Numbered from the stretch's first letter, positions 46,247 to 56,693 are shown. The stretch is 64,000 nucleotides of DNA from Candidatus Lloydbacteria bacterium RIFCSPHIGHO2_02_FULL_50_18 (GCA_001821395.1 MHLM01000014.1:160001-224000); one strand, 5' to 3'. The notes: generated from the sequence alone by a model not told the origin. Translations and numbers: made by a program.

Positions 46247-47800
46247 ATGTCCGCAATGACCACTCTTCTTCAATACACGAAAGCGCATAAGTTTTTGATG
46301 ATCTTGCTCGTACTTGCCATCGCCGGTGTTGGGTATTATTTTACGCGTCCTCCTGCCGCGCCGAATTACGAGACAACCCTTGTAAAAAAAGGGAACGTGA
46401 TACAGGAAGTTTCGATCACAGGAAAAGTAGAGTCCGATAGCGTCGTCTCGCTGGCATTTGAGCGCGGCGGGCGTGTGGTGAGCGAGCCTATTCCCGTCGG
46501 TGCGCACGTAAGGCGCGGGGATCCATTGGTTCGGCTGGATACAAAAGAATTGGATGCACTTCGTTTGCAGGCACAAGCGAACCTCGATGTCGAGCTGGCA
46601 AATCTGGCACAACTCAAAAGCGGGACCAGAAGCGAAGATATTGCGGTATCCGAAGCACAAGTGAGAAGCGCGCAGTCCGCCGTCACCGATGCGCACGCCT
46701 CATTGCAAGACAAGCTTGCCTCTGCAGGTACGACCGCTGATGATGCTATCTTTAACAAGACTGATTATCTCTTTGAGAATCCCCGTACGGCAAATCCGCG
46801 TTCAATCTTCCCGGTCGCTGATCAACAGCTGGTGGCCAGAATTGAGCAGGAGCGCGAGCAGCTGACGCAAGCATTGAAGCAGCTAACGCCCTCGGGTGGT
46901 GATTTTGAGGCGGATCTCTCTCTGCATAAGACCTATTTCAATGATGTGAAGGTCTATCTTGATGACCTTGCCTCGGCGATCAACGCGGTCACCCCTTCCT
47001 CACTGTTTTCTCAGACAACCATCGACGGATGGAAGGCGAATGTATCGATCGCTCGGACAAATATGAATACGGTGATGTCCGCATTGCTTTCCTCCGAACA
47101 GGCTTATCGCGCAGCAGACGCGGCGCTTGTCATCGCGAACAATCAGCTGGCGCTTAAAAAAGCGGGAGCGACACCGGAGGCAGTGAGTGCGGAAGAGGCA
47201 AAGATAAGGTCGGTCAGTGCAACGATCGCAAACTACGATGCACAGATGACAAAGTCGGTCATCAGCGCACCGTTCTCGGGGACGGTGACGACTCAGAATG
47301 CAAAGCTTGGGGAAACTGTCGCGCCAAATGTTCCTGTCGTTGCGCTCATGAGTGACGGCGTATTCAAGATCACTGCGAACATTCCCGAAGTGGATGTTGC
47401 GAAGCTTACGGTGGGTGATAGTGCGAGGGTCACACTCGATGCATACGGTGCGGACGTGCTTTTTAAGGCAACGGTTTCAAGTATCGACCCAGCGGAGACG
47501 GTCATTGAGGGCGTCTCAACCTATAAGGCGACATTACGATTTGAAGGCAGAGACGCGCGTATTCGCTCGGGCATGACGGCCAATATCGACATCTCAACCG
47601 ACAAACGTGAAAATGTACTCTATGTTCCGGCGCGATCTGTTTTTAACAAGGATGGTAAAAAATACGTGAGAGTTCCCGATGGTCAGACGCTTACTGTCGA
47701 TACGGAGGTCACAACCGGTCTTCGGGGTTCTGATGGGTCGATCGAGGTCCTCAGTGGGCTTAGCGAGGGGCAGACCATCGTGACATTCCAGGCGAAATAG
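46247..47800 (+). CDS. HlyD-family periplasmic adaptor (MacA-like)
   Basis: ATG 46247; N-terminal TM, long coiled-coil, C-terminal beta-barrel; upstream of ABC ATPase+FtsX permease. Confidence 0.7.
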   Translation: MSAMTTLLQYTKAHKFLMILLVLAIAGVGYYFTRPPAAPNYETTLVKKGNVIQEVSITGKVESDSVVSLAFERGGRVVSEPIPVGAHVRRGDPLVRLDTKELDALRLQAQANLDVELANLAQLKSGTRSEDIAVSEAQVRSAQSAVTDAHASLQDKLASAGTTADDAIFNKTDYLFENPRTANPRSIFPVADQQLVARIEQEREQLTQALKQLTPSGGDFEADLSLHKTYFNDVKVYLDDLASAINAVTPSSLFSQTTIDGWKANVSIARTNMNTVMSALLSSEQAYRAADAALVIANNQLALKKAGATPEAVSAEEAKIRSVSATIANYDAQMTKSVISAPFSGTVTTQNAKLGETVAPNVPVVALMSDGVFKITANIPEVDVAKLTVGDSARVTLDAYGADVLFKATVSSIDPAETVIEGVSTYKATLRFEGRDARIRSGMTANIDISTDKRENVLYVPARSVFNKDGKKYVRVPDGQTLTVDTEVTTGLRGSDGSIEVLSGLSEGQTIVTFQAK

Positions 47801-47807
47801 ACGGAGA

Positions 47808-48515
47808 TTGATCGTCATGGCACTTATCGAAACAAAGGGTATTGAGAAGGTCTTCGGGGGAGAAACGCCCACGGTGGCATTGCGTAACATAAATTTTATC
47901 GTTGATCGGGGTGAATTTGTTTCGATCGTCGGGCCGTCCGGTTCGGGTAAGTCAACCTTGCTGCAGATCCTCGGGCTTCTTGATTCTCCGACGGCCGGAA
48001 GTTATTTTCTTGATGGGAAAGATACTTCAACGCTCTCTGATGAAGAGTTGGCAAAGTTGCGCAATCGCACACTTGGTTTTGTGTTTCAATCATTCAACCT
48101 ACTGGCGCGGACGTCGGTGCTTGAGAACGTGAAACTTCCGCTTGCTTACTCAAATTTTCCCTCACGTTCGTGGGATAAAATGGCAATGGCGCAGATCGAG
48201 GCGGTTGGGTTGTTGAAGCGTGTGTATCATGAACCATCGCAGCTTTCCGGAGGAGAGCGTCAGCGTGTGGCAATAGCGCGCGCGCTTGTTACAAACCCTG
48301 AGATCATCTTTGCTGATGAGCCGACGGGGAACCTTGATTCTGCGTCCGGCAAGGTAGTGATGGACACATTGACACGACTGCATCACGAAGGGAAAACCGT
48401 TATCCTCATCACACATGATCGCAATGTTGCGCGACGTGCCCACCGTGCAGTTTTGTGCAGAGATGGTGCGATCGTATGGGAAGGAGACGTTAATGATATT
48501 CCGGAAATTTCATAA
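47808..48515 (+). CDS. ABC transporter ATP-binding protein (MacB/LolD-type)
   Basis: GPSGSGKST, LSGGERQRVAIARAL, IIFADEPTGNLD. Confidence 0.9.
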   Translation: MIVMALIETKGIEKVFGGETPTVALRNINFIVDRGEFVSIVGPSGSGKSTLLQILGLLDSPTAGSYFLDGKDTSTLSDEELAKLRNRTLGFVFQSFNLLARTSVLENVKLPLAYSNFPSRSWDKMAMAQIEAVGLLKRVYHEPSQLSGGERQRVAIARALVTNPEIIFADEPTGNLDSASGKVVMDTLTRLHHEGKTVILITHDRNVARRAHRAVLCRDGAIVWEGDVNDIPEIS

Positions 48516-48517
48516 TT

Positions 48518-49762
48518 ATGTCTTCATTTTTTTACACAGCAAGATCAGCAAGTCGCGCCGTCGGTGCCAACCGGGTCCGTTCCGGTCTTACGGTCCTCGG
48601 TATCGTGATCGGTGTCACGTCGATCATCCTTATCGTCTCGATCGGTGAGGGTGCGCAGTCGCTCATCCTGGGGCAAATTCAAGGCTTGGGAGCTGAGACC
48701 ATCGTGATACGCCCGGGGAGAAAGCCGTCCGGTCCGACGGATATGGCGCAGACATTATTTGCGGACTCCATCAAGCAGCGAGAGGTTGACGCATTGAAAC
48801 GTAAGGAAAACGTACCCGACTATGTCTCCTCAGCACCGCTGCTCATGGTGTCGGATTCAGTGACCTACGGTTCCAACATTGAGCATCCTACGATCTACGG
48901 TTGGTCTGCAGAGTTCATGGTAAGCATGATAAAAGCAAAGATAAGAGTCGGAACTATTTTTGATGAGGAGGATATAAAACAGGAAGCGGCGGTTGCGGTG
49001 CTTGGGAGTCAGATTTCCGATGATCTGTTCGCGGGTGATGATCCTATCGGGAAGTCTATTCGCATTGGGACGAAAAATTTTCGCGTTGTCGCAGTGCTTC
49101 AAGGGGGTGGGGGAGGGCTTTTGAACACAGACAAGATGGTGGTGATCCCGTACTCTACTGCGCTTACGTACCTCTCGTCAGGGAAACATTACAATGAGGT
49201 CATGTTGAAGGTCTCTTCGCCGGAAGCTGTGGCGCGTTCCGTTGAGGACATCAAAGCGACGCTTCGGGAACTGCACAGCATTACCGATCCTGCGAAAGAT
49301 GATTTTTATGTCGAGACACAGCAGGCGGCGATAGATCAGATCGGTACCATACTTTCGGTGCTCACTGCATTTCTTTCCGCGGTGGTCGCGATATCGCTCG
49401 TCGTCGGCGGCATCGGCGTGATGAATGTCATGCTCGTATCGGTCACCGAGCGTACAAAAGAGATTGGTCTGCGAAAGGCGCTCGGTGCGACCAATAGTGA
49501 TATTTTGACGCAATTCTTGCTCGAGGCGGTGCTCCTCACTATGGTGGGAGGTGCGATCGGCATTGTCCTCGGGGTCCTGTTCGGTTATGGCGCATCTATT
49601 GCCTTATCGCAAAATCTTAATGTCGATTGGGCGTTCGCATTCCCATGGAGAGCGGCGCTCATCGGTCTTGGTGTTTCCGGCGGCGTGGGTATCGTCTTTG
49701 GGATCTATCCTGCACGGCAGGCTTCACAGAAGAGTCCGATCGAGGCGCTCCGTTACGAGTAA
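48518..49762 (+). CDS. ABC transporter permease, FtsX/MacB-type
   Basis: N-terminal TM + periplasmic domain + C-terminal 3-TM FtsX pattern. Confidence 0.8.
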   Translation: MSSFFYTARSASRAVGANRVRSGLTVLGIVIGVTSIILIVSIGEGAQSLILGQIQGLGAETIVIRPGRKPSGPTDMAQTLFADSIKQREVDALKRKENVPDYVSSAPLLMVSDSVTYGSNIEHPTIYGWSAEFMVSMIKAKIRVGTIFDEEDIKQEAAVAVLGSQISDDLFAGDDPIGKSIRIGTKNFRVVAVLQGGGGGLLNTDKMVVIPYSTALTYLSSGKHYNEVMLKVSSPEAVARSVEDIKATLRELHSITDPAKDDFYVETQQAAIDQIGTILSVLTAFLSAVVAISLVVGGIGVMNVMLVSVTERTKEIGLRKALGATNSDILTQFLLEAVLLTMVGGAIGIVLGVLFGYGASIALSQNLNVDWAFAFPWRAALIGLGVSGGVGIVFGIYPARQASQKSPIEALRYE

Positions 49763-49771
49763 GTCCCGCTC

Positions 49772-49903
49772 GGGTTTTCTTCTTTTGAAAGGCACACAGT
49801 CGGCCCCTCCTGCGGGGGCCGCTGTCACTCTCGGCCAATTGCCCCATCAGAATGGGGACCAAGCCAATTGTCCTCCGAGAGGCCTTTCAAAAGAAGAAAA
49901 CCC
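49772..49903. repeat. 132-bp element with 22-bp perfect terminal inverted repeats and nested internal hairpins (MITE-like / structured element)
   Basis: GGGTTTTCTTCTTTTGAAAGGC ... GCCTTTCAAAAGAAGAAAACCC; internal GGCCCC/GGGGCC, CTCTCGG/CCGAGAG, CCCCA/TGGGG stems; CCAATTG repeated. Confidence 0.6.
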
Positions 49904-50145
49904 TCGCCTCAGAGGAGCGGCGTTTGAGTTTGGTGCCCGCAGGTGGAGAAGAAACACTTGGCAGAATAGCTAGTTAGTGCGAGTATGTTTAGTAACTCGT
50001 GACCGAGTTCTCGGGAGGAAACGAGCGAAATTAGAATACGCAAAACATGAATATAGTGTATTTATCCCCATTCTCAGAGACTTGGGTTGCAAAGGGCTTG
50101 CAGGCTGAGTATTTTCAACTCCTAAACGAGTTTAAAAAATAAAAT

Positions 50146-50505
50146 ATGAATATAAATATAAAAGCATTACATTTTTTGGGATTACCGATTAAAAGAGAAA
50201 TCTATACAAAAGCAATTTGCTCACTCTTCGGAATACTCATTTTATTTTTTGTTGTACTGGTCGTCGTGCCTTCGGTGGTTTGGCAGGCAGTACCATATTT
50301 GCTTTGGGCAATTATAATTATGTATGTTTTCTATATCGGAATTGCTCTCATTGTCTCTTTTTATCTCATAAGTCGAAGACTTAAAACCTTGGGATATTCC
50401 ACGCTGTGGATGATACTGATGTTCTTTCCAATCTTTTTTGTTTTTGTGGTGCTCGGTCTTATGGCACCAAGTGATGAAAAAATAGTTTACAAAATTTCAG
50501 CCTAG
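50146..50505 (+). CDS. DUF805-family inner-membrane protein
   Basis: ISRRLKTLGYSTLWMILMFFPIFFVFVVLG resembles DUF805 RRLHDxGxSGWW motif; in AT-rich islet. Confidence 0.5.
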   Translation: MNINIKALHFLGLPIKREIYTKAICSLFGILILFFVVLVVVPSVVWQAVPYLLWAIIIMYVFYIGIALIVSFYLISRRLKTLGYSTLWMILMFFPIFFVFVVLGLMAPSDEKIVYKISA

Positions 50506-50546
50506 TTTGGGGCAATCACACTGACCCCAGTGGACCAAAGTTGGGA

Positions 50547-51218
50547 ATGTGGATTATTGCATTATTTGGAGGAAACAAAATCCTCACCCATATGAAATCA
50601 AAGAAGAAGCCCGTAATAGAGCACAAAAGAAAGATACGAAACATAAGTGACTATGTTTATGACTGCCTCAACCGCCTGCGTGACCACGCTGACCTCATTT
50701 TATATCTTGGTAAACACAAGGACGACTTTGCCGGGGGTACACCAAAACAAAGCCTCTCTATAATTATTTCAATGATCGACGTCTATTCAAGGGATGCCAT
50801 TGTTATTTTCGGCACAATTTTTGATAAGAATAGGCAGACATCATCACTTTATACGATGGTTGACCACATAAAAGATGAGAAGAAGCGGAAGCGTTATCAG
50901 AAGAGGCTAGATAATATAAAAACATCTATAAATCAAATAGTCCGTGCCAGAGGAAATCAGGTTGGTCATTTCAATACAAAACTGAATATCCACGACAACC
51001 ACGACAATGGCTTTATTCATATCAACGGTGTTTTTCAGGTGGACCCACGCTTTACAAAAAAGATAGCAAATAGAATAGAGCGATTTTACTGGGATATTAG
51101 AGAAGAGCTTGGGGTTGAAGGAACTTTTGTTTTTCACAAAGGAGAACCAACCGCAAAGTCATTTGCCAGATTGGTCGGCAAGGCACCCAAGCGCTTGAGT
51201 GGTGGTATAAAAACTTAA
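50547..51218 (+). CDS. hypothetical protein with HEPN-like Rx5H motif (possible Abi-like)
   Basis: RARGNQVGH motif in predicted helical protein; AT-rich context; start uncertain (TTG 50541/ATG 50547/ATG 50592). Confidence 0.35.
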   Translation: MWIIALFGGNKILTHMKSKKKPVIEHKRKIRNISDYVYDCLNRLRDHADLILYLGKHKDDFAGGTPKQSLSIIISMIDVYSRDAIVIFGTIFDKNRQTSSLYTMVDHIKDEKKRKRYQKRLDNIKTSINQIVRARGNQVGHFNTKLNIHDNHDNGFIHINGVFQVDPRFTKKIANRIERFYWDIREELGVEGTFVFHKGEPTAKSFARLVGKAPKRLSGGIKT

Positions 51219-51395
51219 ACCTTGATACCCAATGTAGTGGGGTAGGGTGTGGGAATATAGATTGTCGCATCATTTAATCGTTCAAACACAGTTCTAACGT
51301 CCTCTACGACGCGACGGCTGGTCTTGGGCGAGTAAATAGACAGACGATATGCAAATTGCTAGGGTGGAGGCAGTTGTTCAATACAAGGAGTTTTT

Positions 51396-52169
51396 ATGAG
51401 GCCATATATTGGTATTTGCGACTTTACCGCACCGGAACAAGCGCATCGCCTGCTCCAGTTGATCCCTCACGGATTTTCTCATGACCTTATGGTCGGCGTG
51501 ATGATGAGCTATAAAACGCTCAATAATCTTCCGACAAAATGGGCAAGGGTGTTTCCTGCGAAAAAGAATATTCGATCGATCTTCGTCGATGATCCGCGCG
51601 TCTTGAATACCATTCATTATGCCGATTATGCCACAGGGGTTGATGCCGATCGACAGCTCGCGTATACGCTGGCCAAGGTGGAGATCTACGGCGGAGCGTG
51701 TCTTGGGGCGATCCAGCTCGATATGATCTGGCCGGATCCGGATGAGCTCAAGAAGTTTCGCGAGCACTGTAATATCCCCATCATCCTGCAGGTTGGTGCG
51801 AATGCGATGCGCGAATGCGGCGATGACCCCATTGCAACCTGTGAGCGATTGAAGACGTATGGCACTACGATCAATGCCGTACTTTTTGATAAAAGCATGG
51901 GTCGCGGGGTGGGGATGGATGCCGCGCTCTTGGCGAAGTATGCGGGAGTGCTTTCGTTCGACTGCCCGCATCTTGCACCCGCAGTGGCCGGGGGGCTTGG
52001 TCCGTCATCAATGGACCTCGTGGCACCGCTCATTCGAGCGTTTCCCGATCTTTCGATCGACGCACAGGGGCGGCTGCGTAAGAGCGGCAACATGAAAGAC
52101 CCGATCGATTGGTCGATGGCGGAAGATTATTTCACGCAAGCGGTGGCACTGTTTTCCAAACAACCGTAA
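51396..52169 (+). CDS. phosphoribosylanthranilate isomerase (TrpF)-like TIM-barrel protein
   Basis: LFDKSMGRGVGMDAALL and VAGGLGPSSMDL resemble TrpF GGSG..FDW / LAGGL motifs. Confidence 0.5.
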   Translation: MRPYIGICDFTAPEQAHRLLQLIPHGFSHDLMVGVMMSYKTLNNLPTKWARVFPAKKNIRSIFVDDPRVLNTIHYADYATGVDADRQLAYTLAKVEIYGGACLGAIQLDMIWPDPDELKKFREHCNIPIILQVGANAMRECGDDPIATCERLKTYGTTINAVLFDKSMGRGVGMDAALLAKYAGVLSFDCPHLAPAVAGGLGPSSMDLVAPLIRAFPDLSIDAQGRLRKSGNMKDPIDWSMAEDYFTQAVALFSKQP

Positions 52170-52265
52170 TGACCCGAGGCCCCGCAGAAGCGGGGCCTTT
52201 CTTTTTTGAATAATGATCGATGAATGGTATACTCTTTCCGTATTATTGACGGTAATTTTTTAATC

Positions 52266-52979
52266 ATGAATCAAACAACGTGGATCATTGGGGGTGGAGT
52301 TGTCATCGTGGCAATCGCCGCATTGCTCTATTTATCAAGCGGAAGCGGTACACCAAAGACTGAGCCGACAACCATTCCCGCAGCGGAAATAACGGTAGAC
52401 GATAAACCTATCGCAACCTCAACTTCGGTTGAAGCCCCAACGGATATTACTCGAACATCACAAGGAAATATGGAACAAAAAACAAATGAATCAAGCAGTG
52501 CGACACTGCACACAAGCATGGGCGACATCACGCTTAAATTTTACGCGAGTGATGCGCCAAAGACGGTCGAAAACTTTCTCAAACTTGCACAGTCGGGTTT
52601 TTATGACGGCGTGAAGTTTCACCGCGTGATTAAAGGATTCATGATCCAGACCGGTGACCCGCTTTCAAAGGATGACACGATGATGTCACGATGGGGCACC
52701 GGTGGACCGGGGTACCAGTTTGCCGATGAAATCGTGCCCGCGAGTGCGCTCTATCAGAAAGGGTACAAGCATGGTGTTCTTGCCATGGCGAACTCCGGAG
52801 CAAATACGAACGGAAGCCAGTTCTTCATTATGGCTGCCGATTATCCGCTTCCACCGCTCTACACGATCTTCGGGGAGGTGACGAGTGGGCTACCCGTTGT
52901 TGATGCGATAGACGCGGTGCCGACGTCACAGGACCGACCGCTTACTTCCGTGGTTATCAAGTCAGTCGAAGTCAAATAG
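52266..52979 (+). CDS. cyclophilin-type peptidyl-prolyl isomerase with N-terminal TM anchor
   Basis: HTSMGDITLKFYASDAPKTVENFLKLA...FHRVIKGFMIQTGDP...LAMANSGANTNGSQFFI. Confidence 0.8.
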   Translation: MNQTTWIIGGGVVIVAIAALLYLSSGSGTPKTEPTTIPAAEITVDDKPIATSTSVEAPTDITRTSQGNMEQKTNESSSATLHTSMGDITLKFYASDAPKTVENFLKLAQSGFYDGVKFHRVIKGFMIQTGDPLSKDDTMMSRWGTGGPGYQFADEIVPASALYQKGYKHGVLAMANSGANTNGSQFFIMAADYPLPPLYTIFGEVTSGLPVVDAIDAVPTSQDRPLTSVVIKSVEVK

Positions 52980-53110
52980 TTGGATTCCACGCAAATGGTG
53001 AACTTCTTTGTTGCGGGGCCCCTATGATTCGGTCACCATATAAGAATATGCCTTCCTCGTCACTTTCCCCGCGTCTCGAATTTCATCCATTTGTATGAAA
53101 TCCAGTCGAT

Positions 53111-53141
53111 AAAAAAAGACCCTGCAAAGGGTCTTTTTTTA
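53111..53141. terminator. bidirectional terminator GACCCT-GCAAA-AGGGTC flanked by A7/T7
   Basis: between convergent genes. Confidence 0.65.
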
Positions 53142-53148
53142 TATGATG

Positions 53149-53337
53149 TTATCGTTTCTTTGAAATGAGAAAGTGTGCCGCAAAATAGAGCAAGAGTCCC
53201 GGGAGTATCCCCGTAAGGACCATAAGGACGATGTAGCCGACACGGAGTATGCCGGGGCTGACTTCCATCCATTCACCTAAACCTCCGAATATGCCGCTGG
53301 CAACCTTGGAGTCATCACTTTTATGCAGTTTTTTCAT
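53149..53337 (-). CDS. PspC-domain small membrane protein
   Basis: KVASGIFGGLGEWMEVSPGILRVGYIVLMVLTG. Confidence 0.55.
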   Translation of the reverse strand: MKKLHKSDDSKVASGIFGGLGEWMEVSPGILRVGYIVLMVLTGILPGLLLYFAAHFLISKKR

Positions 53338-53360
53338 ATGAGCTATTGTATCGCAGACGA

Positions 53361-54194
53361 TCAGCGAAATGCAAACTTCTTTTGCAGGCTTTTGAGAAAA
53401 TAATTATCTTCAAACTCCGCAAAAGTGATGATATGTTTTGACTTCGTGACCTCGACGCGGTCTTTTTCGTGAAGAGGGAAGAGGTCCATATCATCGGCGG
53501 TAAGCACCGCATCAATGGGTTCATTGGTTTGTGTGATTGCGAGAATTCCTCTTTTGCGCACTTCGGTGATGTCGATGTACACGGTCTTTGTGTTTTTGAG
53601 GACAAGAGACGGTGTCGGAATATTGTGATCAAGCAACTCCGTGACAATCATGCAGTGCATGTCCGGAGTGACGATCGGCCCGTGCGCCGAGAGATTGTAT
53701 GCGGTAGAACCGGTCGGAGTCGCGATGATCACCCCCGAGCCGTGTACATATTGGAGCGGATGCCCATCAACGGATATCGTCATTCTGATCGTACCCATGA
53801 TGCCTTGCGCGGTGACTTCATTCAGGCAGTCGGTGGTGTGGACGAGGGCTCCGCCGCGAAATACTTTTGCGGTAAGCATCATGCGATGTGTCGTGACGAA
53901 CGATCCTGAAAGGAGGGCGTCAACTGCACCGATGAATTGATCCGGTCTTCGAGCGGATGCTAAAAAACCGACATGACCAAGATTAAGACCGAGGAATATC
54001 GGTGCGTTTTTTTGAAAGTATCGTGCGCTTTCCAGTATCGTTCCGTCACCGCCGAGGGTGATCACAAAATTGGGTTTTTCCGTTACGATCAGAACACGCG
54101 GATGGTGTGCGGCGATGTGTGCGATGATCTTCTTTTTCCAGTTCAGTGCGCGCCGGTTGTCGGCTCGGCAAAATAGTGCGACTCGTGTTTTCAT
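53361..54194 (-). CDS. nadK: NAD(+) kinase
   Basis: VITLGGDGTILESARYF GGDGT motif; overall NadK pattern. Confidence 0.85.
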   Translation of the reverse strand: MKTRVALFCRADNRRALNWKKKIIAHIAAHHPRVLIVTEKPNFVITLGGDGTILESARYFQKNAPIFLGLNLGHVGFLASARRPDQFIGAVDALLSGSFVTTHRMMLTAKVFRGGALVHTTDCLNEVTAQGIMGTIRMTISVDGHPLQYVHGSGVIIATPTGSTAYNLSAHGPIVTPDMHCMIVTELLDHNIPTPSLVLKNTKTVYIDITEVRKRGILAITQTNEPIDAVLTADDMDLFPLHEKDRVEVTKSKHIITFAEFEDNYFLKSLQKKFAFR

Positions 54195-54291
54195 GGTCTG
54201 GTCATTTTTGTTGCAAGAATAATGTTGAAGAGCGACATGAAGCGATCATGTGGTCTTAGACGGATCGCATCAAACGATAATGGATACAGGA

Positions 54292-55584
54292 TTAGTCGCC
54301 ACGGTCAGTATCTGCGTCATGTTCGTTTTCCAGTACGTACGCAGTGATGGGCTTCTTGCCTCTTTCACTCAACTGTTCATGATGTGTGTTGCTACGCAGT
54401 GCGGAATAGATCCCGCCGGTCAGTCGTTGAAAATCGATCGCCAGTGCCTGCAGCTGTTGCGCAGCTGCAGCGACCTGTTGATTCGCGGCACTTTGTTGTT
54501 GTGCCGATGCGGAAAGCTGCTCGGAGCTTTCGGAATTTTGGACGGCAACGCTCGCGATCGCGTCCATGCTTTCCGCAATATGCTTCACAAGCGTCGTTTG
54601 CTTCTCTGTTCGCTCGGAGATCTCTTTGATGCGCGCAGAGAGTTTCTGGATCGCGCCGGACATGTTTTGCAGATCGACGAGCGATTCGTTCACTACTTTT
54701 GCATTTTCGTCGGCGTGTTCGAGCCCCTTTTCTGCTGCGAGCACGGTGTCGCCTATTTGCAGTAGCATGATCTCAACTTGCCCCTTTATTTCTTCTGCTG
54801 CGCCGGCTGATTGCTCTGCAAGCTTTCGGATCTCGTCAGCGACGACGGAGAAACCTCGTCCCGCGTCTCCTGCACGTGCCGCTTCGATCGCGGCATTCAA
54901 TGAAAGAAGGTTTGTTTGCTCGGCGATCTTTGTGATCGTATCAACAATGGTACGGATCTCACGAGAGCGGTTGCCTGTCGTACGTGCGATCACCGCGGTG
55001 TCGGTGGTCATTTTTCTGATCTGGTCGAGACTTTTTTGCGATTGCTCTCCCTTCGCACCTGCTTGTTGTGTGACCTGAGAGACTTCTTTCGCCATGAGTG
55101 ATGCCTCCTCTGCGGTAACGAGCATTTCATGCGCTCCACCCGCCAGCTCAGCGATCGAGCGTGCGATAGACTCCGCTTGGGTCGATTGGGTCACGGCCCC
55201 TTGGGCAACTTGTTCTGCAATACCCGCATTGTTTTGCGCTGCTGCGGCGACCTGCTGGGATGTTGCGGCGAGCGATGATCCCGCTTGAGATATCTGGTCG
55301 CCTGCATTACGAAGCGGAATAAAAAGCCAGCGGAGGTTCATCGTTGCCAAAAAAAGCGAGAATGCCATGAGTCCGAGGAAAAGAATGAGCGCAATGCCAA
55401 AATTGAGTGCATGAGTGCCGTAGAGGTATCCTGTGAATGCGACCAAGATGATCGGCACAACGATGCCGAATAGGAGTTGTATCGTCACCTTGCGCGCACC
55501 GGTTGCACTGGTGAAAAATGAGCTTACTGTTGCCATTTGTTCATCATAGCAGATAGCGCGATTGTCTGCTTTCTGTTTATGCAC
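54292..55584 (-). CDS. methyl-accepting chemotaxis protein (2 TM, HAMP, MCP signalling domain)
   Basis: [38 protein letters not shown] highly conserved MCP core. Confidence 0.85.
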   Translation of the reverse strand: MHKQKADNRAICYDEQMATVSSFFTSATGARKVTIQLLFGIVVPIILVAFTGYLYGTHALNFGIALILFLGLMAFSLFLATMNLRWLFIPLRNAGDQISQAGSSLAATSQQVAAAAQNNAGIAEQVAQGAVTQSTQAESIARSIAELAGGAHEMLVTAEEASLMAKEVSQVTQQAGAKGEQSQKSLDQIRKMTTDTAVIARTTGNRSREIRTIVDTITKIAEQTNLLSLNAAIEAARAGDAGRGFSVVADEIRKLAEQSAGAAEEIKGQVEIMLLQIGDTVLAAEKGLEHADENAKVVNESLVDLQNMSGAIQKLSARIKEISERTEKQTTLVKHIAESMDAIASVAVQNSESSEQLSASAQQQSAANQQVAAAAQQLQALAIDFQRLTGGIYSALRSNTHHEQLSERGKKPITAYVLENEHDADTDRGD

Positions 55585-55625
55585 AAAAAACCCGCCGGAA
55601 GTGGCGGGGTGAGCTGTTGCTTTTC

Positions 55626-56186
55626 TTATGCGTTTGACGCTCTCCAGACGTCGATATGGTGCACGATCTTTTCCAGAGTATTCGCGAGATCGATGTTTTG
55701 CACATAGAGTGCAAATTCATGCCGAAGGCGAATTTCCGAATTTCGCGTTTTCATGCGTTTGGCGATCATCATCTTATCATCACCTCGTGCAACGAGCCGC
55801 CGCAACAGCTCCTTTTTCGGTGCATCGACGAAAATCGTTCGTGCGTCCGGGTATTGCTGAAGGATTGCATGTGCGCCGAACGGGTCCATGATGGAAATGA
55901 CGAGATCGTGGCGGTTTCGTGCGTCGGCGAGGTCGAGATGTCGCGTGCCGTAAAGAAATCCATGCACGTTCATGTGTTCGATGAATTCGCCAAGCGCGAG
56001 TCGTTGTTCGAATTCTTCCGTTGAGAAAAAATGATAGGCGATACCGTCCACCTCACCCGGCCGCGGTGGTCGGGTCGTTGAGGTCACGACCTTTCCTGAA
56101 TCGGGAAAATGCGCGCGTATGCCTTTTGTCAGAACATCTTTTCCGGCACCCGATGCACCGGTGATGATCACCCATGTATGGAACAT
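55626..56186 (-). CDS. gmk: guanylate kinase
   Basis: GASGAGKD P-loop, [15 protein letters not shown]. Confidence 0.85.
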   Translation of the reverse strand: MFHTWVIITGASGAGKDVLTKGIRAHFPDSGKVVTSTTRPPRPGEVDGIAYHFFSTEEFEQRLALGEFIEHMNVHGFLYGTRHLDLADARNRHDLVISIMDPFGAHAILQQYPDARTIFVDAPKKELLRRLVARGDDKMMIAKRMKTRNSEIRLRHEFALYVQNIDLANTLEKIVHHIDVWRASNA

Positions 56187-56455
56187 TTTTGACCTCCTAG
56201 GGTACAGATACTTCTGCCTCCGTTATAGCGTGAGGGCACACTGGCCGCTACTTGCAAAGTTGCGCTTAGTGTTCCATAATTATGTCAGTAGGCAATAAGG
56301 AACAGTCGTTCATTGCCAGTCCGAGAAATAACAGACTTCAGCCTCCCCGCATGCGTGAGAGCGGTTCTTTCATATCCGGGGAGGGTCGGGATACGCTTAG
56401 TGATCCCAGGTCTTGTTGTCGAACAAGATATCTCTCCCTTAAACGAACAAAAGCT

Positions 56456-56611
56456 ATGGGTATCTTTCGCGCAATAGGCTTGGGTCTCACGATCGTCATT
56501 CTGAAGCTTCTTCTCCCGGACGTGATGTCCGGATTTGAGGGAACCCTCGCTCAGTTCTTTGGACTCACCGAGACGATATTGTCGAACGTGCAGTCGAACA
56601 TCGCCGGGTGA
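56456..56611 (+). CDS. candidate 51-aa membrane peptide
   Basis: MGIFRAIGLGLTIVILKLLL..; preceded by ~260-nt structured leader and followed by terminator; weak. Confidence 0.3.
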   Translation: MGIFRAIGLGLTIVILKLLLPDVMSGFEGTLAQFFGLTETILSNVQSNIAG

Positions 56612-56633
56612 GCAGCAGTTCTTTCTCAATTCA

Positions 56634-56670
56634 AAACCCGCCACTCTTAGGAGTATGGCGGGTTTTTTGC
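56634..56670. terminator. terminator CCCGCCA-..-TGGCGGG + T6 (functions for both convergent units)
   Basis: hairpin with A-run upstream and T-run downstream. Confidence 0.6.
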
Positions 56671-56693
56671 TCCCGCTTACGCATTCCCGCGCA

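Noticed and set aside
54566-55078. 170-aa + strand ORF
   Set aside because: Antisense to the MCP gene, whose signalling-domain motif is unambiguous.
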